Shown here one piece after another: positions 25,870 through 38,682 of a stretch of 64,000 bases of DNA. The stretch is from Ruditapes philippinarum (lineage: Eukaryota). The position numbers and the translations under genes were made by a program. The notes under the pieces were generated by a model. The model did not search any database. It was not told where the DNA came from and saw only the letters and a list, made by a program, of their open reading frames with translations. Each line of letters starts with the position of its first letter. The stretch's first letter is position 1. The stretch is from the NCBI RefSeq assembly GCF_026571515.1, contig NW_026853241.1:1-64000 (forward strand). The letters run 5' to 3'.

Positions 25870-28439
25870 AAAAATAAGTCTAGTATGATTGTTTCATGTT
25901 AGACCGTTAAATACAGACCGTTTGAAAAGATGCTATGCTTATCATATGAAATAAGAAAACTAGTCATTTATGTATTTGTTGAAAAATAGAAATTGGATGC
26001 CTATAAATTATATGATTTTAAGAATGATACAGAATCTGTCATCTCTCCATTGTTATTATTATTACCTGTACTGATACACAATTAAAAAAAAACAACAAAA
26101 TAGCAACAGAAGTAACAGCATGGAATAGCACACCGTTATTTGTTATAATAAAAAGCAGTGATTGCTTCCAGCAATAACCTTAGGACTCGTATCCATGTTA
26201 AATCACATATTCATCTATTTAAAAAAGCAGACAAAAAACGCATATGAAAGATGGGTTTAATTAATTAAAAGTACAACTAAAATCACGAATAGGGAAAATT
26301 ACAGCGTTATAAATCACACGAGAGCGGATAAATTGTACTGGCTCACTATATTTTTATTTGCTTTTTTGTCTCATTTTTGCATAGAAAATTTTTATGAGGA
26401 GAAACTAACCGTATGGCATTATGAGAGGCTTATCATGATAATAAATTAACCCTGATGATATTAGATGACGGAGATTGCCGATGCTTGAATGAAATCTGCG
26501 GTGAAATGTTCATAATACTCGCTGACACGACCTAACATGTATAGAAAATGTAATTTTCATTTGCCGATCAGATTTTAGTGGCTAGACCGTGTTGACTTTT
26601 ATTTCCGACGTAATTTATTGATACTTTAGGTGGGTGGAGTATTTTATATATCGCATTGAAGCTAGTTTTAGGCCGTCTCGTGACAGTAATTCCACAGGGA
26701 TCAGTCTTTCTTCGCGGTTTTACGAGAGAGAATACACGAAGAACCCGCGACAATCTATCGCCTGCCACTTTTGTGTCACACAGGTCAGTCACGTGATCAA
26801 GCACGAGACATAGATACCGTGTGACAATTAAGGATATTGATTACTCATGTGATTTTCTTCTTTTCCTTTTTTTGCACTAAGCTTGTTGATTTTCAAGACA
26901 TTGACATATTCAAGCAAGATTTCCAAATGCACATGCACCACACAATAAATACTCCCAAATGCCCGTGTAAAACATATTTGTAATATTGATATCGATCATG
27001 TTGCATTTCTCGTTCCCTAATGCTCAGGACCGGCACAACGACTTGTCCGTGCCGTGCACGATCATGTTTCTCCTTTTTGAATTGCAGCCAATGTGTGCGT
27101 GGGTACCCAAATAGTAAATAAAGAAAATGATAAGAAGGCGGAAATCCGTTTACAGCAATAAAAATTATGAATTAAAGTGTCACATGCAATACTGAAAGGG
27201 ATACTAAAAGTCCTGCTTCCAAACGCTGCCAATGGACTGCACAATTTGTACTTGACGCAAACACGTCAACGGTCATATCATTATTACGGTCATTTTTCAT
27301 TGGTTGACAGATATTTCTATCATGGGAAATACGACAATCATCTTTAAAGGTGATCAACTGCCTACAGGTATCAACTACGTTATGGTCACCAAGGACCAGA
27401 CTGGCATTTATCAATCTGTCCAGGTCTGCAATTAGCAGAAGTTGCAGGTGCCTCCCTGGGTTCGTAAAGTACAAGCAATCACACAATTTAATGGTACATA
27501 GTGCCTAATAGGTATTAACTAATGTCTGCGATCGTTGATTTGGGCACGTTACACATTCAACAGAAGTCTATAAATGTCCGGTGTACCAAGGAAAGAGAAA
27601 CACCTGTTTCGTCTCGCCTATGTTTTGTCCAAGTGTAGATCAGTACAGAAGAATGCAAAAAAAACATCCACACCTACTTTCCTCAAATTAAAACTCCTTT
27701 GAGTTCATTTCACTAAATTTTAAGTTTTTGTAAAAATGGATACATTTTCTTGTTTTCACTTATTTTGCTTTAGGACCCTTTCCAAAATATTGCATATAAT
27801 ATCAAAAATCTGGATAATGGAGACCCTTCGAAAGCAATAAAACAACAAATTACATAAAAGATCCGGATTTCTTTAACAGCTCGACACAAACGTCATGTAG
27901 TGTGGAGATTAAATTTCTTTTTATCACTTCAGTCCAGATATTCTTCCATTAACATGTAAAATTTGGACATTTAATCGTAGTCTAGCAGCTCAATGAACAT
28001 CATAGAAATTGTTTTTAAAGGTTCAAACACAATTTTGATAGGCATATAATGCTTGACACTTTGTCGTTTATATGAACATTTTCACCGATCCAACTTGTTT
28101 TATTATTTTTGGCACGAATTTTTGTCGACTGCGTGTTATGCATTGACCAGTGCTGTATTTATGATAATAATGTTTGATGTTAAATGCTGATTTGTTGTTA
28201 CTGGCACACAATTACTACATCAACTGGGCACTCTTTTCTATTCTATCACCATAAAATATGGCCTTTGCTTTGTTTTTTAATGCAAAAAAAGTATTTATTT
28301 TCTGGTTATTTACTGTGTAAACCGAACAACAGAATGTTGTAGGAGTATGTTTTCAGTGCTAGAAAATATAGGCTGAAATAAATTACTAGCTTAATAGAAC
28401 GGCTGTACACATATTTTACCAAGTTTGTTTTCGTTTTAA

Positions 28440-28721
28440 GGGGCGTCCGTGGCCTAGTGGTTAAGGTCGTTGACGTCAAACCACTTGTCCCACATCGCTG
28501 TGGGTACGAATCCTGACAGGGACTTTAAGATTTTTTTTCTGAGGAAGCTATCCATCTAGCTTACGGAACGCAGGTGGTTCTACCCAGGTGCCTTTTCGTG
28601 CCTGAAATTAAGCACGGAAGGGCGCCTGAGGTCTTCCTCCACAAGTAAACTGAAAAGTCGGCATATGACCGATACTGTGTTGGTGCAAGTTAAAATCCAA
28701 CCAAAAATTAAAAAAAAAAAA
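28440..28721 (+). mobile_element. Full-length tRNA-derived SINE (possibly Meta/RUDI-like)
   Basis: A box TGGCCTAGTGG, B box GGTACGAATCC, body GAGGAAGCTATCCA...GTCTTCCTCCAC...CATATGACC, poly(A) tail; homologous to 62993-63262 and 57100-57260. Family name is inference. Confidence 0.88.
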
Positions 28722-29245
28722 CTCTTCGTTTTTAGATTGTAGTTGTCATATTAAGTATAACGTACATCTTTTTACCTTCTTTCATAAATGGAATGTATTA
28801 TGTATTTTCTTGATGAGATTCTACTATTTTTGGAACTAGAAAAATTACGAGAACAATACCAAAAAGACATTCTGCAGGGCACCGAATAAGTAATTTTACT
28901 ACTGTATTCAATAAAAAATAGTCTTTGAACACATGTTGCAGTTTTGCATTGTTCACCGGTCACATCTATTTCGGTGCATTATGAATGTGTTCTCTATATG
29001 GTACATGGTTTATTTAATATTACAGGTAAAGTGTGACTTATTTCCGTCAAAGAACACATTTAAAAAGCGCGTGCCGAATATCTTTTTGATTGATTCATTG
29101 CAAAGTTGGCCTATTGCATTTGCGTTTATCCTAATGTCCCTACTCTAAATGAACCTCCTATATCTTTCAATTGCATCAATTGTCATTGCAATATTTTACC
29201 TTTGATAGGGCATTGTCAAACAGATAATGTTAAATACAAAACATT

Positions 29246-29481
29246 TGTACCGTGTCACGACAAAACCAACATAATGGGTTTGCGACCAGCATGGATCCAG
29301 ACCAGCCTGCGCATCCGCGCAGTCTGATCAGGATCCATGCTGTTCGCTATCAGTTTCTCTACGTGAATAGGGTTGGTAAGCGAACAGCATGGATCCTGAT
29401 CAGACTGCGCAGATGCACAGGCTGGTCTGGATCCATGCTGGTCGCAAACCCATTACGTTGGTTTTGTCGTGACACGGCTCA
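29246..29481. mobile_element. Palindromic (fold-back) MITE, copy 2
   Basis: Same arms as 20743-20979; near-perfect self-complementarity. Confidence 0.9.
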
Positions 29482-30409
29482 TTTGCACTAGAAAGTTCAG
29501 ACTACAGAAGTCAGGACATTTTGAATAATTTAACGTCGTTGCGTATTTTACATCGTTCAACAAACACTTCTGAGTTTTTGTACAAAAATCTGCTTCGAAG
29601 ATTTCAAATAAATATATTCAGTCACTGTCAGATTGATATGAAAATACTTCCCTCAGACTTGCTTGCTTTAAAAGGTTATTGTTAAGTTTTTTGTAGCTAT
29701 GGCAACAAAAGGGATGACACAGGGTGATATTTTGGCGACATTTATATTTGATATGAGCGCAACTCAAACAGGACTGATGACACATGATTCATGTCTTCAA
29801 CAGTTTTACTAGTGTAATTGCCAAAACGGCTCACAATTTGATAGCGACAATTAATTTTGTTACCACCATTATTTCATTTTTTGCCCAATTAAATCATTTC
29901 TTCGTTGAGTGATAAGCACGAATGGATATGAAAACACTGACTTATGATTACCGAAAGAACATTTTTACATCTTGGCTTCAATTATACAACGGATGATGGT
30001 TTTCGATACAAGGACATCTGTCTGGACGGTTCGATAAATGATAACACAAAATTTAAGTGTAATATCCATATAAGTAACAAATTGAAATCAATTAACGCAC
30101 TTAATTAGTATTTATTTATATTGACTTTTGATGACTAAAGAAGACGACAATGACATTAATTTAAAACATACAATCGGAGCCAAGTATCTGTCTCGTTATA
30201 AAGATATGATGTGATTAAGTATATATGTTGACAGATTTAGAAACGAGCTGTCTTATTTTAAGATACGTTATTATGTATTTATGTGATTTCAGTTTTAAAA
30301 AAACCTTTAAAATCCGTATGTTTGGAATGCTGTATTTAATAGAAAGCCATCTTCCCTAGGTGTAAATATTCTGAAAAGGGGAGACAATAAAGCCATTAAG
30401 ATCAGTTTG

Positions 30410-30670
30410 ATTAAAATAGAGAATATAGACAACCAGAATTCCAGAAGAACTCTCAAAAAGACAAAATTTGAAATGTTGCAGACCCGGTTAAATTAAATCG
30501 GATCGTGGACGTCATTGACGAGTTAATGCCCCATAGCACCGGCTTAAGTATTTTATTTTATTTGTTGCCTGCTCGGTTTGATTAAGTCTGACGCCTTTGA
30601 TGAATTCAAACTTCTGTCCATGCCTACCTAGCGCCGGGTTATGTATTTTATTTCCAACACATTAAATGAA
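30410..30670 (+). repeat. Two tandem degenerate copies of repeat family A
   Basis: AAATGTTGCAGACCCGG...GCCCCATAGCACCGGCTTAAG followed by GCTCGGTTTG...GTCCATGCCTACCTAGCGCCGGGTTATG. Confidence 0.7.
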
Positions 30671-32514
30671 CCGAAGTCGATGATATTTAAAGACAAGGAG
30701 TAATAAGGTCTCTAAGATGATGTATGGGGAAACCTTTTTGCCTCTATGCCACTACCTCGACAAATCATTCAATCAAAAGATAGCTTAATTGAATACTGCT
30801 TAACACGGCACACGAATCAAATTGTTTTTTGAATTTTTCATATATTATTGCTTCGAGTGATCCCCGCCCTTCAAAGAAGGTTAAACAATAATTCATATAA
30901 ATATCTATATGTAGTAACAATTAAATATACACTGAAACACTTTCAAACTGAAAAAAGATTCAACATAACTAGAAAAGAAACAGTGTGAAACTTTTAAGAA
31001 GTACATCAAAGTAAAACGAAGTTTATATTATTCATTTTAGTCATGAACTTCTCCTACTTCCTTCTAATGGTCTCGTTTATTGAATTGTCATGTATTCAAA
31101 ACACAAACACCTTTTCATTTACACGCGACACTCCTTAATTAGACTTTAGTGACAGTTAACTTATATTAACATGGTTTTTGCATAAATCAAATTGTTCTTA
31201 CATTTGTCGTATCAAAATACATTTCAAGATGATTAGATCATATTACGTTACACGTGTATTTTTGTATGTTTTAGCAACTAAACCATAAGACTAATATACG
31301 TGTACATTTTGTATTTTATACGAAGAAGAACAAAAATCTGGAAAAAAGGAAGATCCATTGGAAGCATTGAAAAAAAAACCCAAAAAAACCCCAAAAAACA
31401 AACAAACAAAACCCCAAAATAATATTACATTAAAATTTCAGACTGGTTTGTTTGAGTCTGTTCATTAGAGATCATTCATAAGTTCAACATCTCTCATGAA
31501 ATATAAAAAACAAGATAAACAAGAAAAGGCGGCAGTCAAAGAACGCATTTCCCATCACAAGGCCATCGGAAATGGGCACAACAGGACTGATCCTAGCAAC
31601 GGCTTAAGCAGTATGCAATTTTAAACACCAACGTGCTGGTATCATCCTGAAAGACCAGAAAAATATTACAACACTGACGTGAAAGACAATCATCTTGTTT
31701 TGTCTTAAAATCATTTTTTTTATAGTTGGGAGAAGGAATGGGTGAACTATTCTTTCTACTAATGTTCGCCAGTTTAAAACTAAACAAAAGTTAGAAAAGC
31801 AACGGCGATACATATGACAAACATAAAACGAAATGACCAAGGTCGATATATTAAAATGTCTGATAATCTTTCAGCCTTGTATAAACGTTACATTAGTGAT
31901 TTTATTTGTCAAAATAAATCAAACATCTAACTCCTTAGATGACTGAATAATTTGACTTACTAAGCTGTAACCATAAATCTTTTTATTTCTAAAATACATC
32001 AGAAAAGAATTTCGCCGTGTATGGAATTCGGACACGCGATCACGAGCGCGCAAGCATTTAAAAAAAGACACTAGACCACTGAGCCAAAGAATCGATGCTC
32101 TGATACAGATTTCAGAGGCTGCATATTTAGCTAAGACAGTAGGTGTGCATGCAATCGAAAGTGTATTTATGTAGATACAAATGTACAAGAATTTAGATGA
32201 CGACCACTTACAAATATTTTATTTCGGTAACTTTTAATCGAGTCCCAATATTTGCAAACAATAGTCCCAATATATTGTAATAAGTTTTTGCCAGCACGTT
32301 TTATAATATACAGCTATCAAAAGCAAGTAGTTCCCATCATTTGCAAACAGTACACATATTTGACAATATTGTCAATTCTATTTGTATTAGTTTAATAACA
32401 TATTTATCGTAAAAGGAAAGCCTTCAAAAGAATACTACTTGCGTGATGTTTTACACAGATAAAATGTTATAGAACTTTTAAGTCTGTTAAGTCTGTAAGT
32501 TTAGATCGGAAAGG

Positions 32515-32630
32515 GAACATTGTTCATCGACGGTGCTGGAAAGTGCAAGCTACGTCCCCAAAGCACCTGTTTTAGAAAACGTTAACATTGAATGGTGAAA
32601 AAATGGTCATCATAGCAATTTTGCAATAAA
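32515..32630 (+). repeat. Repeat family A copy
   Basis: TGTTCATCGACGGTGCTGGAAAGTGCAAGCTACGTCCCCAAAGCACC. Confidence 0.7.
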
Positions 32631-33309
32631 TTTCTACTTTGGCCATCTTCCCTTAAAATTAACCATAACACTAAATATGCAGACTCAAACAGTTTAAATA
32701 TTTTGGAAGGCAAGTATTATGATGGTATGACCATCTTTTTAGGTTGCTTCCTCAATAAATTACAAGAACTAAATTCGAATCATTCATTAAAAATATCGGG
32801 AAATGCATGACTAAACATGTATAGTGGTAAATAAAAGATCATCTGGTCAAAAAAAGACTTCACATACATATATTTGTTTACTTTTATTCAGCATATTGAT
32901 ATGATAATAATACTGGAAAGTGTATACATTAACAAAAGTGGTAAACTCAAACTCTCTTCGTTATAATTACAAATAAGACACTCTTTTACATTCCAAATGT
33001 ACAAATGTAGAAACAGTCAAACTCATTATCAAACGTATCACACATTGCTCGACAATTTGTTGTTAAAATGTAAAAAAAAAACACGACGTGTTCCATGAAA
33101 AATCAAGGCTTCGGAAGACAAAACTTGTAATCGTTGAAAAAATCGTTGTAATAAAACACCATTTTGGTGTTGTTAAGTCCAGCCAATTATGTAATGTCTA
33201 TTTGATTTCAAGGACGTTAGCAAATATATTACTGAACTAAACAAGATTGTGTGGATATTGCAAGCAATACCTAATGCAAATTGGCAAATCTGCAAGGGAT
33301 ATCTTTTTG

Positions 33310-33450
33310 CATAGAACGACAAAATGTTGCAGGCTCGTGTGGATTGTCATGAGCCTGTTCATAATACATTAATACATGAAAAATAGTGAAATTTTTAATT
33401 TAGAAACATCCATTAAACGTGTCATGGAACCTTAAAAATGTGACAATGTG
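33310..33450 (+). repeat. Repeat family A copy (core deleted)
   Basis: ACGACAAAATGTTGCAGGCTCG...GAGCCTGTTCAT...TCATGGAACCTT...ATGTGACA. Confidence 0.7.
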
Positions 33451-33892
33451 GAACCTTAAATCTACGTATTTAATACATTTAAATGGGGGGGATGGGTGGC
33501 GGAAAGAGACACACACAGTTAATGTGAAGTACAATGTACATAAACAAACAGTAAATTGATTTGCAAACGTAAGTTATACAATGCATATAAAAACTACATC
33601 ATAAAAACATACAGATTTTTATATTACGGCGGCAGGTATTTCACTCCTTTTATCATGAAAGTCATATACTATTATGATGAACTCAATGTTGTAAGATTAA
33701 ACTAATGCTGTCCAGTGTCAAAATAGTATATATTTATCTCTATGTATACGAAAACTTTGCTGTTCCTTTCTGAATCAGAACTCCCTGATGTACATTGCAT
33801 AATTTAATACTGAAGGGTAGTATTATTTTGATATTTTTCTTTACAATCACGTTATATTATTTACATATTATACGTGTAATGCTGATTGAACT

Positions 33893-34146
33893 TTATACAA
33901 TCTCAGTTACATCATTCCCCTCTCTATATAACCGTTCAGCGGATGGCTCATCTGGAGTTCTAGATCGTTGTAGAACTACCGCAACAATCATGATGATAAT
34001 AGCAAATATTATTGAAAGAATAATAGTCCCTGCTATCCAAATGAAAAACCCACGCACTCTTTCCTCCTCATCATCCATTTGTTTCTTGTTGTATGCTGCG
34101 TCCGTAACATCACAAAAGGGAGGGTTTTTAAAACCTTCTCGACAAC
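33893..34146 (-). CDS. Exon 2 of EGF-like membrane protein: end of EGF repeat, TM helix, short cytoplasmic tail
   Basis: Acceptor TTCTTCTTTATCTGTCAG, phase 1; (G)CREGFKNPPFCDV...GFFIWIAGTIILSIIFAIIIMIVAVVL QRSR...TEIV stop. Completes the EGF Cys pattern begun in exon 1. Confidence 0.85.
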
Positions 34147-34514
34147 CTGACAGATAAAGAAGAACTTAAACTTAGAAAAGAAAAAAAAAGAAAGCATAAA
34201 TAAGAGTACATCGAGCGCATTTTCCACTAAATTTATTCCTATATTTCAGTCCAATAATAATTAAATCAGTTTTATAAAGGAGAATACGTGAATGTCGTTA
34301 ATCAAACTAAATGTATAATATTAAATAACATTACCACGTCACGCGTATTTTGCTTGATATACGTGTAAACATGTACATGTACATTGTATTGATATTCTAC
34401 ACAATAAACCTTATTATAATTATGTACGTAGCGCACGCCGATATTTGGCAGACAATATTATAATATAATAATTAATACAGATATTTGAAGTCTTAAACAT
34501 TAAATTTCCCCTAC

Positions 34515-34839
34515 CATTGACACACTTTCCATCGTATTTCTCACATGAACCGTTTTGACATCCTGAGCATAACTGTGAGCAAAGTAAACCAAAATACCCA
34601 CTTCGACAGTCCCGACATATCCCGTTGTCGCATATTGAGCAATTTCCGGTGCAACCCTCGACACAATGTCCTTCATCATCAACTATAAATCCGTCCATAC
34701 ATCCTTGTAAACATTCCCCACTCTCCGAACATTCATTATTCCGACAGTGAAAGTCTTCACAGGTTAATTCTTTAGACGTTGCCACGTACGTTGACAGTAA
34801 AAACACAATAATCCACGAATATACACGTAACTCCATCAT
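34515..34839 (-). CDS. Exon 1 of EGF-like (MEGF10/Draper/SREC-type repeat) type I membrane protein, ~192 aa in total
   Basis: Signal-peptide-like MMELRVYSWIIVFLLSTYVATS, then CxxGCxxGF...CRSGYFGLLCSQLCSGCQNGSCEKYDGKCVNG; phase-1 donor G|GTAGGG at 34515/34514. Confidence 0.88.
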
Positions 34840-35509
34840 TGTTCTAATACCAGCACAATTAAAGATTCAATTCGTTTTATAACGATATCATTTAAAACAT
34901 CAGTTGTTTACTTCCAACACGAATAAGCGTGAAAAAAATTAAACATGTACACGTAAAATAACAACACACAGTTGTCAGACAGGCCTGTTTCTAGGTCAAC
35001 ACACATAAACTGTTTCACAGAGGTACGAAGTAGTCACACGAAAAAAAAAAAACAACAAAGATTTACTAATTACGCATGTGTATGTTTAACCGTAATATCA
35101 TCGTATTTTGCGACAGCTTTTGTCTTGCAAATACATGTCATAAAATGACCCAGTTATAAGACTTAATCTGCCAATCAATATCCACATGTTTTTGAGCGCT
35201 TAAGTTACATACTATGTGCTAACAATAGTAAATCATATAACATCTTATCTGTTTCTTGCACGTTATTAGACTTGTTAAAAAATACCAGTTCAACAAATAC
35301 CTGCACAAATATAATAGCAACTTCTGTTTATTTACTATAAATGCGTCTATTGCCTAATTGCGGATTATCTCAATAGTTTATTTGGTTAACTTTTGACAAA
35401 AAACATGTTTGGAGATATCAAATTCGACCGACAATAAAACCCTACCAGTTTATGTAGTTGTACTTTTGAATGTTATCGATGCGAATTCTATATCAATTCC
35501 AATCAATGA

Positions 35510-35680
35510 AAGTTTATCTAAGTGGTGTAGGTGTTTATCTCTTAATCCAGGTACCGTTAGTTCGATCCTCAATTAGGGCACGGCCATGTTACCAGATGTG
35601 ATAACAACACTGGTTAGACCCGAGTGTGGCTCAGCTTACCATTAGGGTACTAACACAATCGAAATAAAATAAGGATATAA
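35510..35680 (+). mobile_element. Degenerate tRNA-derived SINE
   Basis: Eroded A box (CTAAGTGG), B box AGTTCGATCC, tail CACAATCGAAATAAAATAA similar to that of 24850-25030. Confidence 0.45.
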
Positions 35681-35908
35681 TTATGTACTGTTTAAGATCG
35701 TACAGCTATTTTTACAACCTTCGCAGAAAATACACTTAAAACATGTTTATCTAGGTCACTGAAAATCACTGAAAAATCAAAGTCCATGTGCAGTGCAGAG
35801 AAACAGATTTAAATAAATTCAGTAATGAACTTACACGAATTTTATATTTTATTTATCACAGACCGTTTAAAATGAATTAAGAGTCATTTTTCATTGACGC
35901 GTGTGTGA

Positions 35909-36288
35909 TAAATGAAGTATTGGTACACCTTTAATCATCTTTTGGACAGTGAATAAGGTATTCAAAGATATTATCAACACTAGGAATTTAAGTATTACGC
36001 CATTCCCAGGAATATAACCAGACAATAAAATAAACTTGCATAACACTACGAAGATCAATACAATTTTGTCTCTATGCATATTCAAATAATTCACTGAAAT
36101 AATGAGAGTTTTTTTTTTCTAATACTGATATACATAATTTGTCAATTACTCAGAAAATCAAAATTCTTTTTAAAATACCATTTGACTATTGGGCAGTTTC
36201 TTGAATTTTGCTTGGTTATCATTATTTTCCCACCCCATTATCAGAAAAAAAACCATTAAACTTTATTTTCTTATTTTCGTTTTTCAAT
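35909..36288 (+). repeat. Left arm of ~380-bp inverted repeat pair
   Basis: Reverse complement of 41757-42132 along its whole length with scattered substitutions. Confidence 0.9.
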
Positions 36289-37784
36289 AGATATTTCAAT
36301 TAGATATTTCTTTCGGGTTATTTACTTTGTCTTTATCCCAGACTATATTTTGGTTTGTCATGTGACATAAAAAGCGGCGATGAAGTACTTTTACATAATG
36401 CACGAAGTTCACCTGAGGTCTTCCTTCGCCAGTAAAGCATGACCTTTAAAGTGTCACTATTAATTAAAAATTAAAAAAAATGATAAGTAATGCATTTCAA
36501 GGGGTACGCCGAGAGCCCAAACCTATTTCAATAACTACCAACTTACAGAGTTTTGCGGCATTCAGTTTTACATACAACATTTTACTGATATTATACAACT
36601 CTTTGCATCTCCTATTTGATAGTATTATACAACAAATTATGTTGTCATATATATGACATTACTAATTATTCTTTCCATGTAACCACTGATGCAAATACTC
36701 ATTATTACTGAATCCCAGAACAAAGTTCACACGTAAGCTATTTAAAATAGACTGTTAAACTGTTTATTGACGCTTATGTCAGTAAATCATTGTTTATTTA
36801 TACGACAATGAGGTGGTAAATCATTCACATGGTATGCTTTCCGGTTAATTTGATTTCCTGCTATATATATTTTTCAGTTGTTTGGATTTTTTTGCAGTTA
36901 TTATATGCTAAAAAAAACTGGAGGATGTGCATGCTATTTATTTACTATCATTAACCGAGTTTAGCATGATACTTGTTTCTTAGTATAACATAGTAAATAT
37001 AGTGATCAATCCGAACATACGTAACGAACTTGTGCGATTTGCCATAAAGTCGTCAGTTAAACAAGACAAGATAATTTCACTATTCGATCAACATCTCAAT
37101 TAACTTGAATAAAGCAACTTCTTTATATTTTCTGGATAGGTAACAGGATAAAAGTTCGTTTAGATTAATAATAATATTTCACTCTTTTATGTATGTATAC
37201 AATTATTTTTCAAGATAACAAGACATTTATGAAAGGGTAAAGGGGCTTAACAACAAGTTCTGGCAACATTAATAGCAAGTATTTCCCGTATGCATTATGA
37301 AATATATAAAACGTATAAATGTTTAAAACCCTAACATAAGCAATAACATATCATGATATATAATATAAAACAGCAACTACTACACACAATTACAAAAAGA
37401 GAGGAAAAACAAACAAACAGAAAGCCAACAAACAAAACAGGAAATAATTATTTGCAAATACAAATGTATTTGACAGAAATTCTTTTTATACTTGTCTAGT
37501 CTTTAAATAAATTTAGGCAATACATCTCATATATATATTTGGAGGGCATAATTTCTTCAGTGAAATATTATTCAATGGATACATTTCAAAACATCCAAAC
37601 ATCTAAACTTTACTGTCGGTAGCTCATATTTTTTTCTTTTTTGAAATTAAAATCCCTATAACTTCGAATTAACTGAATTAACTGAACAGGATTAGTCCAT
37701 TTTAAAAAATCTGTAGGCTAAGAAATTTTGTTACAGTAAATTTCTTCCCTTATGATTGTCAATACGACAAGACATCACCAATTT

Positions 37785-37990
37785 TGCTTGTTTTGTTTAT
37801 GGCGTACCAAAGCAATTTAGGTCATATAACGTAGAATCAGAAAATATGATTTTTGCTAACCTCGGTGTTACAAACTTAAAGCAACACGATGGGTCAAAAC
37901 CACCTCACCTGCTGGAGCTAAGAGATGCATAAGCTCCAGTTATTTGACCCCAATTAGCAGTCTCTTACGGTAATGCCTGCACAATATGTT
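37785..37990 (-). mobile_element. Probable SINE/LINE-related element 3' part with nested hairpin
   Basis: Minus strand ends in ATATGACCTAAATTG..., similar to the SINE tails; nested stems GGGTCAAA/TTTGACCC and CTGGAGCT/AGCTCCAG. Confidence 0.4.
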
Positions 37991-38631
37991 GCTGCAATTC
38001 TGATGCCTCAACCATTTCAGGAAACCCTTCAGCTACAAGGTGTAAAACAGCACCAAGGAGACTTCACAGATACACTTTGACTCTTTATTTGTGTATTATT
38101 TGTGGCTATGAAGAGAAACCATCACTTTCATTTTAAATTGCTATTGTAACTGTTTTGAATATTTCCGTGTTCTTTGATTCGTTGAAATTGCTTCAAGTAA
38201 TTGAAAATGGCTTGGTTTGCACAATGTCACTTTATATCAGTTATTCAGGAATTTTCTTCTCCCCCCGAAAGATCTACCTTTACTCGAAATAATCTGTGGT
38301 TGTATCATTCCAAAATAACAACAATTCATAGAAAATGATTATAAATCTGGGCGTTTTTTCATATCAATTAGCATTCTCAATAAACATGTAAACAAACACT
38401 CGAAATTTTGCACGTAAAGTGAAGAATGTAATAACTTCAAATAATGTGATGTAATGTATGAAATACTATTACAACTCACATCACACTTTTTATTATGTTA
38501 TATGGATAATATACGTCCAACATAATCTAAAACTTTTGCATTTATATAAACACATTCGTGTTTAAATACTGTATTGATAGAACACAGAACAGCTCATAAA
38601 CCACCCAACTAATTTGTTGTTCTTTTATTAG

Positions 38632-38682
38632 AAGCATGTGAGACCTGTAGTCAATGTTTTAACAAAATGAATACAGATACAG
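38632..38682 (+). other. Candidate 51-nt exon with canonical splice signals
   Basis: Branch point CTAAT, pyrimidine tract, TAG acceptor, CAG|GTGAGT donor; only the phase-1 frame is open (ACETCSQCFNKMNTDT). Confidence 0.4.

Noticed and set aside
27172-27486. ORF with LVLGDHN resembling the LINE endonuclease GDFN motif
   Set aside because: Single degenerate motif; other APE motifs absent.
28440-28530. tRNA gene (A and B boxes; also at 24850 and 62993)
   Set aside because: No complete cloverleaf or T-run terminator; continues into a shared SINE body and A-rich tail.
29772-29805. CTGATGA followed by a small stem as a hammerhead ribozyme
   Set aside because: The required GAAA after stem II is absent and no stems I/III are evident.
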